Origin: Mustelus asterias | Taxonomy: Eukaryota | NCBI RefSeq assembly: GCF_964213995.1 | Contig: NC_135821.1 | Coordinates: 51,274,001 to 51,338,000 of the forward strand | Direction: 5' to 3' | DNA: 64,000 nucleotides | In this document: in pieces, positions 11,214 through 23,470 of the stretch | Position numbering within the stretch: position 1 is the first letter of the stretch | Layout: every line of letters starts with the position of its first letter | Program-made: the position numbers and the translations under genes | The notes under the pieces: model-generated | Told to the model about the DNA's origin: nothing | Seen by the model: the letters and a program-made list of their open reading frames with translations, nothing else | Databases searched by the model: none

Positions 11214-12671
11214 AGTCAGGGCACCTCACACAGCAAGAGACCAGGCTGATGTTTCAGTATTAAGTTTACAATAAATTATTGTTAATCTCCAACTACCATC
11301 AGGTTTCTTTATGGGCCAAATAGGTGAGCTGATTGTGAATATGCCTTGTCTTAAACTTTGATGAGGGGCTGAATTATTCCTCTGATGTACAGTTGACTTT
11401 CTTTAGGGATTGGATACAGCTTAACAAATTCATGAGAGTTTCTATCACGTTTCCTCTCCTTTCATTCACCCACAATCATGTTTACTTGTCGCAAAGGCAA
11501 CAATGTCTCCTAATTAACTGTTCAACTCAGTCATTTTCAAGTTTGGGGGGATCATACAAGTAAGCTTTTATATTGCAGATACAGAATGAACATCTGAGAT
11601 TACTAGTCTTTTCATTTTCTGATCCAGCCTACATACAGTTATGATTTTAATCTATAATTGCACCTTACCGATTCAATACATAGCTTCCCAATATCCCTAT
11701 TTCTATTGGTATGTTCATAGACATTGGTTCATCAACTAGATAGGTGAGACTTCCCAACTGGAGTTCAGTAACCTCTCCTCGAAGCGGAAATTGTTCACAA
11801 CCATCATATCCTCTTAATTCTATACAACCCTTGTCTGCTGCCACGTGGTGTTCAGGGTATGAGGTATGGATGATTGTAACTGCAGAACCTCTGTTAATTA
11901 ACATAATCTATTGGCAGCCTCCATCAAAAACAACAGGAATGACTGCACTTCAATCACAATCATGTTGGAACCCCATTACCAACCATTCGAAGAGGCTCAA
12001 ATCCCTCCTTTGGGATCCTATTTGCGATCGACTTGCTGATGAGACATTCTGTTGGATATTGCTCATCATTCTTTGCATCAGTAAACTGATCTTTAATAAA
12101 GATAGGTATCTCTTTCATTTGATTCTTGATTTTACATGAGATCAAATCAACATGGTTTTGGTTTGGTCCTCTATGGCCTTTCTGGGCAGGACCAGGGATT
12201 TTTCCTTATAATCCCAAAGTGACCAGTTTTACTACAATTGCAACAGGGATAGTGAGACACTCTTAGGGCTCGTAGATTATTTCTAGAAAAGGGGTGGTTT
12301 TGACTTTCTACTGTTGCAGCTTTCTTTCTGGAAGCAGGGGAGAACCTTTGGTTGTTCTTTTAATGAATCTCTAACCGACTGCCTCCATAGCTTTTTACTC
12401 AAAATGTGCCAGTGATCAGCTACAACCAAAAGTCCCAAAAGCACTCTTAAAGTTTGGATGTAAATTCCTTATAAATGTCCTTGTGTTCATCTCTTTCTGG
12501 ATCTGCATTTTCCTTTGGTTTCCTTGTACAAGCAGTTAAAAGAATTTGTTTCCAATCACTGTCTTCTAGTTCTGAGTGATCTCTCCTAAAGTTTGCCCAA
12601 CGTCTGCCCACTTCTAAGGGGTCATCGCCATCCTTAATCATTCCCAATTCATGGACACAAGCTTGTATTCA

Positions 12672-12878
12672 TGGCGGGCACAGTGGTTAGCACCGCTGCC
12701 TCACAGCGCCAGGGGCTCGGGTCCGATTCCCTGCTTGGGTCACTGTCTGCATTGGCTATGCTCAATTCACCCTCAGTGTACCCAAACAGGCGCCGGAGTG
12801 TGGTGACTAGGGGATTTTCATAGTAACTTCATTGCAGTGTTAATGTAAGCCTACTTGTGACTAAATAAATAAACTTTA
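12672..12878 (+). mobile_element. V/HE1-related SINE with the alternative 3' tail (GTAACTTCATTGCAGTGTTAATGTAAGCCTACTTGTGAC)
   Basis: tRNA head plus a tail also seen alone at 15176-15257, 33640-33809, 50070-50140, 59970-60038 and 63450-63520. Confidence 0.85.
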
Positions 12879-14273
12879 ACAACTACCTGTGTGAGAAAGA
12901 GGGCCAGACTTTTTCCCTTCCCATGATGTTCTTGTTACTACTGCAACACGAGCTGGTTTGTTTTCAGATGGGAATGGGGGAGTGGGGGAGTTATGACTGG
13001 AGGAGTAGAAATAACAGTGCACAATGCTGCAATAGGAGAATCCGAAGTTTCAACTTCTTCAGCAATACTCAATGCCTCAATGCTAGTGTCACCCTGATGA
13101 TGCAACATGGAAACTGTACAATCTATATCTAACTATAAGGCAAGAATATTCATTTCTTGCTCCACTTTCCTTAACTTTATCTCTTTACTCAAAGTTCCTA
13201 TTCTTGGCCTAACTCCAATTTTAACTTTTGAATGACATTACCATTTTCCCTAACACAAAAGGATGCACTTAATTTCAAGAATTCTTTATCCTTTTTTTAA
13301 TCAAGATTTTGAGGAGATCTTGTCATCTATATCTTTGAACTAAAATTCATTTGTCTGACACATCAAATAGTGTGTTTGAAACCTGGACCATATATTTGGC
13401 CTGTCTTTTCTTTGTACAGGGCTGCAAGAGGTTTCATTCTAATAAGCCTCTGTTTGTCAGGATATTCTGATAGCGATATTGAAATAATTTTAGCTCAGTC
13501 TATCCATTCTCGTGGTTTCTCTGTTTCATCCAACAGAACGTTTAGCAAAGAGTTAACATCTTTTACTGAGAGAATTCAAAACATGAAGTGAAACTAGAAG
13601 GTTTCTCGAGGTATGAATGAAGTAACAGAGATGGCATTAGATTTCTCTGCAACTGTGACGTCAACTGTTAGTTGCCGAGCTGTGGTGTTCACTCAATTCA
13701 GTTACTGAGACACCAAGGTCAGATCTCTAATTCCATTCTTTCTTTCTCGCTCTTACTAGAATAAATCGATTGCACTAACAAAATATTTATTCTTTTTTCA
13801 CAACCTTTTAAAATTCACTTACCTGAACACCAAGCCTTTTAATCTTGTCCCTGTAAAGTGGTTGGCAAATGATGGATTTTTTGGATGAATTTCAATTGGA
13901 AACAACCCAATTCACCAGTAATTCATTAACTCTTGGGTTTCGAACAAGACTTTAAACCCACAAGGAAAGGTGAGACTCTTCAGATGGTGAATCCAAAGTT
14001 TTATTTAAAGAAAAATATCAATTAGGATGGAGATGTAATACAAAATTAGATAAATCAATGTCAGAATTATGCATCCAGACAATTGAACCTTCTCATGAGC
14101 ATTGTTCTGTCTTCTTTCTACATTAAACTAATTTCATGTACATCACCTAAAATAACTCATGCTCATTTTACCCAAAAGATCTCTATAACTTTCAATGGGT
14201 GATCAGTTCCATGAAAGCATGTATCTTCTTTCATCTTCTGGACAAGCAGATGGCTAACATCTTATCAAACGAT

Positions 14274-14790
14274 GGGGGAAATCCTACCAAAAACTGGCAG
14301 TGTTGTTTCTGGTGAGAAAACCAGTGTGTTTCTCCGAGAAACAGGCCAGTTTTCTATCCAGAACATATGACATCTGCCTAAAATAAAATCAAAGGGTACA
14401 TTTCACGCTGTCATGCAGAGGGACGGGGAGTGCTCAACACACTGCCAAAACCCAGCTGCACTGAGGTCAGGGTGCCATCCTTAAAGGGCGCCTTCTCATT
14501 CCTTTCCCCACTCCACAACAAATCATCGGCCCCTTCATCCCCCACTCTCTACCCCTCTCAAATGGCCATTGCTGGCATCCCCCTGCTCCTCCGTCCACTC
14601 CCGGCCCACAACCAAATCTGAATTAATCCCCCTATCCCATGAGGCTCCCACTGGGGCCCATCCCTTGGAACAGATATGGTGCCAACCTGTGCCAAGGGAC
14701 ATTGACAGGCCACTGTCTGGCCGTGTCCATCTCCCTCGGGGACTATAGTCACCTTTACGCCCTCAGAGACCCACAAGACAGATTCACATA
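14274..14790. mobile_element. Partial GC-rich TIR/MITE element
   Basis: Starts GGGGGAAATCCTACC like the other TIR elements; GC-rich block within AT-rich retroviral DNA. Confidence 0.55.
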
Positions 14791-16310
14791 AGTGATTGTC
14801 AAGGAATCATATGTTACTTCAAAGCTGGCTTCATTTGATCCTGTTAGTTTATTCAATAAGGTTAGTCTGAGAATTATTTTTACTTAAAAGCACCATCCAA
14901 GCTTACTTACATTCCCCAGATTGTGTGAGAAATATTTAATCAATATACTGATCCCTCATCATCCTTTCAAATCTCTACCTTCATTTTGCATGTAATGACA
15001 AATAGACATTGTTCCAAATTGTTAACCTTTCACTTTACACTGATCAAGCTCATAGTTTCTATGGTTAAAACAATGAATACGGTTACACCAAATATTTGTG
15101 ATATCATCTTGTCCCATAATAGAATCCCAATAGTTTGTCCCAAATTATACTGATTTCTCTTAACTCCAAAGTAAAAAGTAAAGTTTATTTATTAGTCACA
15201 AGTAGGCTTACATTCACATTGCAATGAAGTTACTGCGAAAATCCCCTAGTCGCCACAAGTATCTCTTCCTTAAGTTCCATGTTTTGTTGTTGTAGAATAC
15301 AAAAGTGTCAATAAGAAGTTTCAATCCTTTTTATTAGATCTGTCAGATATTCAGGTACCGGAGAGATGTCATATCCAAATTTACTAATGTATTGATCTAG
15401 TCGATCCTTGCAATCATCTAAGACTCTGGTGTTTAATTACTCATGAACGTATATGTTATCTAAAACTTGTCTTCCTATCTGGACTGACATCATCTTCCTG
15501 GATACAAATAGAATTACTGGAATTTCTTTCATTTTACCACTGATGCCAACATAATGTCACAAAACTAAAGGAATCAACTTAATTACGCTTTGTGTTGGCA
15601 CATGTATTTTAAGGGTGTCTGACCTATACCCATGTATGATTAACTGTCCGTTTCTCTCACAGACCAAATTCTGTTACATCACGAACTGTTGGTTTTGTCC
15701 ACTTGAAGTAGGTTCCTTTTGGACCGAGATCAAGGGCCGATTTCCAAATGGTTCTTTAAATATTTTGAGTTCCATCTTCTTTAATATAGATGACTGCTAA
15801 GGTCAGGTGAAACAAGACTGTCAAGATCCACAGCTTTCCTCTTCTTCACTCACCTGTAAGACAAGTGCAGTCTACTCTTTTACAGAACCTGTGAGGAGCT
15901 CCTCTGCCAATCACAGGCTGTTCTACTCTCATGCTTGCTGCTGACAGGCTCAATCAGCAGCAAAAGCGAAAGGGAAACAGCGTGTGATTGGAGGAGCAGT
16001 GAGAAAGTGGGTAGTGGCACATCAGCCTGAGCACAGGAGCGACAACAACTCCAACCTGTCACATTCCCAGCCACAATTTTTACCTCACAAAATTTGCCAA
16101 CAATGAGGGTTCTGCAGAAGACAGGCGGGAGTTGACATAATATTCAATAATTCCACCCAATGACATTATTGGTTCCAATGATGCAACGTTAACTTTGTGT
16201 TAAAGCAATTCTCACATTTCAGCTGCAGAACCGCGACAAGAGACACCAACAGGTTTTAATAAGTTTCTTGTTTTGGCACCTGTTGTGAGCCATATCAAGT
16301 GGTTATATGT

Positions 16311-16316
16311 TTTATT
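16311..16316 (-). terminator. Candidate polyadenylation signal (AATAAA) of FUCA1 copy A
   Basis: First AATAAA I could find on the minus strand after the stop codon, ~810 nt downstream. Confidence 0.4.
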
Positions 16317-16565
16317 GCAACTAGGATGTTTCAGTATTCAGGGGTTCCAATTTATGTCTCATTAAATCACAGGTGATCATACAATGCTGGAGTGTACTAC
16401 CCACCTGACCATTAATATTTTTAAGGGACTGCAGTTAAGAGACTCATTTGGCACAAGGCAACTCCATAAGTTGTGCCAAATAGTTAGAAATTTATAGCAA
16501 ATTAACAAAATCATATCGATAGGTTCCAAGTTAAAAGTTTTAAGTCCATGTATAGTAAATATTAT

Positions 16566-16662
16566 TTGACGATGGGTCATCTAGACTTGTAATGTTGGCT
16601 CTATTCTCTCCCCACAGATGCTGTCAGACCTGCTGAGATTTTCCAGCATTTTCTGTTTTTGT
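16566..16662 (+). mobile_element. Penelope 3' remnant with a decayed hammerhead, antisense within the putative FUCA1-A 3'UTR
   Basis: TTGACGA TGGGTCATCTAGACTT GTAATGTT...CAGATGCTGTCAGACCTGCTGAGATTTTCCAGCATTTTC; same family as 40393-40712. Confidence 0.7.
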
Positions 16663-17128
16663 ATAAAAAATATTATAAAATCTTGGGTACTGCTCCGTTT
16701 TGTAAGAAAGGAAATCTTCAACATAAACGCAGAAGGAATATTTCTACGCGACTGAATCACTTAAAACAGGAATTAATGAGAATGAAAAAGCAGCCCCTGA
16801 AAACAGAATAGTTATCCCAAAACTGTGTCAAATTCTGCTTGCAATGTTTAGTCAGGTGACATAAGCTACGATCTGTACAATAACCTATCGTCATATTTTC
16901 TATCTATTTTCTTGCCACTACCAAACCCCACTTCTACTTGCCGCTTCCAAAGACAGCAGTGCAACAAATGCTTTCAAGTTATCAAAAAATGAATCATGCT
17001 GATTTATATCAAAAATTTTGAAGCAATTGTTTTGTCACATAAGTGCGAAGTCACTCAAAACCTTTTTAAACCAAGAGCTGCTTCAAAGGACCGAGCTTCT
17101 TCTCAAGTAAACAGACAGCTTCTCCCGA

Positions 17129-17269
17129 TTATGAAACTCCTTCGAGTTTCACTGTCCAACCATTTTCCGATGGGAGATTGAACGGAGAAATAGGGGACAA
17201 GTAGATGAGGATTCCCTGCCCTGGAGAACTCTTCCATTTCAGAGGATCAGGAATTCCCAGCATCGTCAC
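17129..17269 (-). CDS. FUCA1: FUCA1 copy A exon 8 (coding part, stop TAA)
   Basis: tctcttcag|; 141 nt; [46 protein letters not shown]; the 8 exons sum to 1365 nt = 454 aa + stop. Confidence 0.96.
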   Translation of the reverse strand: MTMLGIPDPLKWKSSPGQGILIYLSPISPFNLPSENGWTVKLEGVS

Positions 17270-17561
17270 CTGAAGAGAGAACACAAAAAGATTCAACACA
17301 GCAAGCTCACTTCTTTCCCAGTCTACACAATTTCCTGAGAAAAGTTCTCTCAGTCCCTCCCCTGTTTCCCGTACGCAAATCCAGCACTTGCAATGCTCCT
17401 TCAGACCTGTGCTCCATATTTCTCAGCATGATATGATGGTGGTCCATGAAGGTAGCTGATGAAACCCTCAAGTTTCATGCAGCTTTTTACATCTCTACTT
17501 GGATTCATCCTTTTGAGTTTTGACTACGATGTAGCCAGATATTATCTCAAAGAGAGATAGT

Positions 17562-18583
17562 GGCCGTGATTTTACCGGTTTGCCCCTCACCCCGCCCAGT
17601 GAGCCGGTAAAATTGCACGATAATTGAGAAATCAGGATCCAATTTCCTGGCTCTCGCAATCGTACCATACCGGATTTCCGATGCAGTCAGCCTCTCACCC
17701 ATTTCCTGCAAGAGGCTGAATATATTAAGTTAATTTATTCCAATCTTCATTTACATCTGCTTAGTGAGCTCGGCGCTCAATCGTCCAGGCGTGCGTGCCT
17801 TTGTGGCCTTGTCGGGAGGTTCTATCCAGCAAGGAAAACACCTGCTCCCCATGAATGGGGATCAGTCGTGTTGCTCTTGCCGGTAGAATCAGAGGCCATT
17901 AAGGCACCCCTGGGGAGGCCGAGGGCAAGGAGCCACTTGGGCAGTGCTTCTGGCAGTGCCAGCCAGGCACCTTGGCCCTGACAGCCTGGAACCAGTGGCA
18001 GGACCTGAAGGGGCGGCCTGGTCAGGGAGGGAGGGAGGGTGGGCCACCGCGTACTCTGCAGCTGCAATCGGTGGGGGAGCAAGAGGGGGCCCCACTGCTA
18101 CTCTGCATCAGATCGGTGGAGGAAGGAGGGTGGAGGGGCACTGCTGCTCTGCCTGTGATCGGCAGAGGAAGGGGGGGCCCTGCTGCCGCAGGAGGGGGGC
18201 ACGATCAGTCTGGGCGGTGTGGCCTACATTTTCAGGTGTGGGGCTCGCGATCGGCCATGGGCCCCTCCAATTGCAGGGGTTGGTGGGGGGTTGGGGGGGG
18301 GGGGGGTTGGTTGGTTCAGGCTGGCTCCAACAGCAGAGGCCTGCCAGCTCTCTCTCTCTGTGTCAAGCCTCTGCTGTTGGAATTGCGCATGAGGTCTGCA
18401 CAGGTGCAATAGGTCCCTCTGCTGCTGGCTGGCGAATTAAGCCCTGCCCACTGCCTCGAGCTCATTTTTTCATGCACCATATGCTCAAGATTGGGAGTAA
18501 AAACTCACACAAAAGACGGATCTGCAACTCTTCCATTTTCACGCTAGCTGGACACTTAGAATTTTTCCTGTAAAATTCTACCC
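17562..18583. mobile_element. Non-autonomous TIR element (Harbinger-like MITE)
   Basis: Ends GGCCGTGATTTTAC / GTAAAATTCTACCC; GC-rich interior. Confidence 0.7.
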
Positions 18584-18749
18584 ACTGGATCAGTCAACAG
18601 CAGCATGGAGTTTTGTGAAGGGGATAGTGACTGAGGACAGGGAAGTTAAGAATGACTAAATAATTATTTTGTGATTTTGTTACTAGTCAAAGAGGGGATG
18701 TGGAGGAGGGAGGTGCAGAAGGGAATGAGATATCTGGGTGCAAAAGGAG

Positions 18750-20957
18750 CATGAGGAAATCATGCTCGACAAATCTGTTGGAATTCTTTGAAGATGTAAC
18801 TAGTTGAGTTGACAGGGGGAACCAGTAGATGTGGTATATTTGGACTTTCAGAAAGCGTTTGACAAAGTCCCGCACAAGAGATTATCATGCAAGATTACAG
18901 CACATGGGATTGGGGGAAGTGTATTGAGATAGATATAAAACTGGTTGGCAGAGAAGATACAAAGAGTAGGAATTAATGGGTGCTTTTCAAATTAGCAGGC
19001 AATAACTAGTGGGGTGTCACAGGGATCGGTGCTGGGACCCCAGCTATTCACACTATGGGCCCGATTTTACCATTTTCATTCGAAGTGCTGAATCTGGGCG
19101 CAATTCAGATCCGACTTGGAAACCTGTTCTCAGATGCCCCCATACGCACTGAGCTTGAAAAAGAAATCACGGGTCTGAATCGCACTGTGGGCGGGGCTTA
19201 TCACACCTGAAACGATCGGAGCTTTGAACTGTGCATGCGCAGTGAGAAAAAAAATTTGAAAAATGCGCCCCTGTCACATCACTCCCGGGCTGCAAAAAGC
19301 AGATAAAGCGGCTCAAGAGCGAACAGCAGGAGCGATGGCCCCCACAGACATCGCCCCACTCCCACAACATAACTGTCCCCCTTATCCACCCACTGCCCCC
19401 CTCCCCCACTACCCAGACCGATCACGACCCTCTGCCCCCTTTCCCCCCACCGATTGCCCGCAGAGTGGCAGCGGACCCCCCTGCCCCCCGTCTCACCCCC
19501 CACCAGAGAATGATCGGGCCTCCTCCCCCACCCCCCCACCAACCAGAAAGCAATCTGGCCTCCCTCGCCCCCATCACCAGAAAGCAATCGGGCCTCCCTC
19601 TGCCCTCCTCCCCCACTCCCCAGAGAATGATCTGGCCCACCTCCCTCCCCCCTCCACCACCAATCTGAATCAGAGAGCCGTTGGAAGCTCTGAACTTACC
19701 TCTTCAGAAGCTGGAGCGCTCAAAACAGACCTTTGCCGAGCAGATCTGTTTCGCGCCGAATCTGGACACGCGAACGCGATGTTAAAGGGGGAAATGCTGG
19801 TAAAGTTGGGCAGGCAGCCCATTAATTCAATTTAAATGCATGCAAACGCATTTAAATCGCCGTTGCGTCTGTTTCAGACACGAATAGGATCGCGGCCATT
19901 TTTGGGCCTTGGTAAAGTGGGCATCTGCGCAGACCCGGGCGCAGATCGCGTTAATGGCCTCACGCCTGACTTTACCAAGTTTTCACGCCTGAAAGTGGGC
20001 GCGCGCAATGGTAAAATCGGACCCTATATATTAATGATTTGGATGAGGGAACAAATGTAACATCTCTGAGTTTGCAGATGATACCAAGTTGGGTGGGAGG
20101 GTGAACTGTGACAAGGATGCAGAGATCCTTCAGAATGACCTGGACAGGTTGGGTGTGTGGGCAAATCAATGGCAGATGCAGTATAATTAGGATAAATGTG
20201 AGGTTATTCACTTCGAAAGCAAAAACAAGGTGGCAGATTACTACCTGAATGGCTGTAAATTGGGAGAGGGGAGTGTGCAGCAGGACCTGGGTGTCCTTGT
20301 GCACCAGTCACCGAAGGTAAGCATGCAGGTCCAGCAGGCGGTAAAGGCGGCAAATGGCATGTTGGCCTTCATTGCGAAAGGTTTCGAGTACAGGAGCAGG
20401 GATGTGTTGTTGCAATTATACAGGGCCTTGGTGAAGTCACACCCAAAATATTGTGTGCAGTTTTGGTCTCCTTTTCTGAGGAAGGATGTCCTTGCTCTCG
20501 AGGGAGTGCAGCGAAGGTTTACCAGGCTGGTTCCAGGGATGGCGGGACTGATGTATGAGGAGAGATTTACTAGGTTAGGATTGTTTTTGCTGGAGTTCAG
20601 ACTAATGAGGGGGATCTCATACAGACTTATAAAATTCTAACAGAGCCAGACAGGATTGATGCAGGGAGGATATTCTCAATGGTGGGGAGTCCAGAACCAG
20701 GGGTCACAGTCTGAGGATTCAGGATAGACCATTTAGGGCATTTCTTCACCCAAAGAGTGGTGAGCCTGTGGAACACATTACCAAGAAAGTAGTTGATGCC
20801 AAAACATTGAATGTATTCAAGAGGTGGCTGAATGGGATCAAAGGTTACAGGGAGAAAGCAGGAAAGGGCTATTGATCAGCCATGATCGTAATGAATGGTA
20901 GAGCAGGCTCCAAGTGCTAAATGGCCTCCTCCTGCTCCTATCTTCGATGTTTCTATG
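18750..20957 (+). mobile_element. CR1 RT/3' fragment split by a MITE
   Basis: KSCSTNLLEFFE, GVSQGSVLGPQLF, FADDTKLGG, CR1 tail. Confidence 0.92.
19057..20024. mobile_element. Harbinger/PIF-like MITE, 968 bp
   Basis: 18-bp TIR GGG(C/T)CCGATTTTACCATT with 1 mismatch; 3-bp TSD TAT; internal C-rich imperfect tandem repeats at ~19400-19660. Confidence 0.92.
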
Positions 20958-21139
20958 AGGGTGATTTCAGGCTGCAGTGTCCTTAGCATCACAAGAGAAG
21001 GTAAAAATATTACTACAATTTCCTAAAGTAAAATAAAAATTATCGTAGCAAGTTACACCAAACATGCAAATTCCAAAAGACATTTAGTACACTGAAGAAT
21101 TAACAAAAGTACATAAATACCTGTTGCTGTTGTCTTCAG

Positions 21140-21575
21140 TTATGTGGCACATTTAATGCCATAAAAGATCCCAAGATGTTTCACAGGAGCATTATAAAGC
21201 AAATTCTCACTGAGCCATGTAATGATATTAGGGTAGATAATCAAAAGCTTGGTTAAAGAAATAGGTTTTAAGGAGAGTCTTATGGTGGAAAGAGAGATTC
21301 CAGAGCTTAGCTTCTTGCCAGCTTAATGCACGGCTGCCAGTGATGGAGTGATTAATATTGGGGATATTTCACAGGCCGGAATTAGAGGAGAGCAGACATC
21401 TCAAGAGGGATGTGGGGTTGGAAGAGCACGGATGAACGTGAAAACAATGGAATTTTAAAGTTGTGTTGTTGCTTAAAGTTGTGGTGTAGAACAGCCAGCA
21501 GAGTGGGGGATGGGTGAAGGGAACTTGGTGCGAGCTAGGTCAGAAGAGATTCGGATGATATAAAGTTTGTGGAAG
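21140..21575 (-). mobile_element. Old L2-like LINE 3' fragment
   Basis: AGCTTGGTTAAAGAAATAGGTTTTAAGGAG-type L2 3' sequence. Confidence 0.55.
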
Positions 21576-22018
21576 TTAGAATTTGAGAGCAAGGGATGTT
21601 GTGAGTGGCAAAAGAGAAACATAGTTAAAGATTAAAAGGTGAGAGTGAGACAAAGGAATAAGAGAGGTTAAGTAGAGCTTGCAAAAAGCAAAAATAATGG
21701 ATTTAACAAGACAAAAAGAAACAAAGTTCAAATGACGAAGAAATATCAGACAACTGAGCTTTTCTCTATTCAACCTCATTGGACCTTATTAATCAATTGC
21801 AGAACCCGAGTAACATCTATGCAGATTCAGCAACTTGATAACTACCAGAGGCAAAACCAACAATGGAGTGTCACTGTCTGCTGGTCCACGGGGTTAACAG
21901 TGATCTCAAATACGTCAGATGTCCAGCTCCTCCTGTGGTTCCAGAGGAGACAGCTGTGCACAGGTCAGATAAAGGTGAAGAAACAGCCACAGAGGAGAAC
22001 AAATCCCATGGCACTTAC

Positions 22019-22118
22019 TTTGGTGTTTGGTGAGGTCTTCGGAGATTCCAGATCTAGGAGATCATCACTGGGCCACTTAATGAACACCGCATAAACTGAA
22101 GATCCCTTACTAGTGTAC
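22019..22118 (-). CDS. FUCA1: FUCA1 copy A exon 7
   Basis: gcctccag| ... |gtaagt; 100 nt; YTSKGSSVYAVFIKWPSDDLLDLESPKTSPNTK. Confidence 0.96.
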
Positions 22119-22240
22119 CTGGAGGCAAAGACACATCACACAGGTAAACACCAAATTAAAGACAGAGGCTTGTGAGAAATGTGATTTTTAAATATTCATT
22201 GTTCAACATAACCTCTACTGGAAATGGGGATTATATATAT

Positions 22241-22568
22241 GGGCGGCAGAATGGCACAATGGTTAGCACTGCTGCCTCACAGCACCAGGGACCCGGATTA
22301 GATTCCCAGCTTGGGTCACTGTCTGTGTGGAGTTTGCACGTTCTCCCTGTGTCTGCGTGGGTTTCCTCCGGGTGCTCCAGTTTCCACCCACACTTCAAAG
22401 ATGTGCGGGTCAAGTTGATTGGCTATGCTAAATTGCCACTTAGTGTCAGGGGAACTAGCAGGTTAAATATGTGGGACTACGGGGATAGGGGCTGGGTGGG
22501 ATTTGATGGTCGGTGCAAATTTGATGGGCCGAATGGCCTCCTTCTGCACTGTAGGGATTCTATGATTC
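22241..22568 (+). mobile_element. HE1 SINE
   Basis: Full head, core and tail. Confidence 0.93.
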
Positions 22569-23059
22569 TTTATCCATGATACATGAACACAGAGCATTTA
22601 CAATCTCAGGTTTCATGGAGAACATGAGTGTTGAAATTGTGCAAAGGTACATCTGAGTTTGACACAACAGTTAGAAGCCAGATCGTAGGAAGTAACATCT
22701 CTTTCACAAAACTAATGTTTATCAATTGCACACAGATAGTTATTACAGAACTCAACACTGTCCTTAGGGCATTTTCAATACTCAGATCATAAGCCATGAT
22801 TTTACTGTTGTTGGTCCATGCAGGAATCACCACTGGAAAATTCCCTTCAAAAGAAATGATAATTGAGAACTGAATAGCATTATAGAATCTGCTGCTGCAC
22901 ATCCAACAATTGTATGAAAAGCTGCATGTCAGCTCTCTTGCAGGCTGTTTATTACCTGGTGTGAAAGACCACAGACCATTGAAGTCCTAAGATTGATATT
23001 CAAATGTTATACTAAACCCAGTGTTATAACTGAATTTTGATACTGATGTTGGAGAATAA

Positions 23060-23470
23060 GTTTTTTTTTACCATTTACAGCATTTTTTGCCCATCGCTAT
23101 TTGCTCTGGAGAAGGTAGTGGTGAGCTGCCTTTTTGAACTGCTGCAGGGCCAGTGTACTGTGGTGTCGGTACACCCACAGTGCTGTAAGGGAGGGAATTC
23201 CAGGATTTTGACCTGGCAACAGTGAAGGAACGGCAGTATATTTCCAAGTCAGGATGGTGAGTGACTTGGGAGGGGAACTTCCATATGGTGTTCTTCCCAT
23301 GTGTCTGCTGCTCTTCGCCTTCTGGAAGAGTCTGGAAGGTGCTGCCTAAGGAACTTTGGCAAGTTCCTGCACTGCATCTTGTAGATGTCATCTTGTCTTG
23401 TACACACTGTTGTCACTGTTTGTTGACGGTAAAGGGGAAGAATATTTGTGGATGGGGTACCAGTTAAGTG
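23060..23470 (-). mobile_element. CR1/L2-group LINE 3' fragment (second family)
   Basis: WKFPS..HTILTWKYTAVP..SKSWNSLP..FKKAAHH; same family as 53820-54860. Confidence 0.8.

Larger units (their letters stand above)
10400..16000 (-). mobile_element. Decayed endogenous retrovirus-like element (upstream ORF, gag, PR, RT; class III/spuma- or lokiretrovirus-like)
   Basis: RT motifs SPIWPIKKPDGSWRLTIIYCKLN (~11260-11335), KFAFMFKGQSYTWTCL, LLQHVDYILL (decayed YVDD), VRYLG; PR LINRGSAVTII; degenerate knuckle CCNCSKTGH (~12220-12245). The 5' extent beyond gag is inferred. Confidence 0.75.

Noticed and set aside
17944-19835. 209-aa, 190-aa and other Gly/Pro-rich ORFs
   Set aside because: They lie inside GC-rich MITEs, are low complexity and show no transposase motifs.
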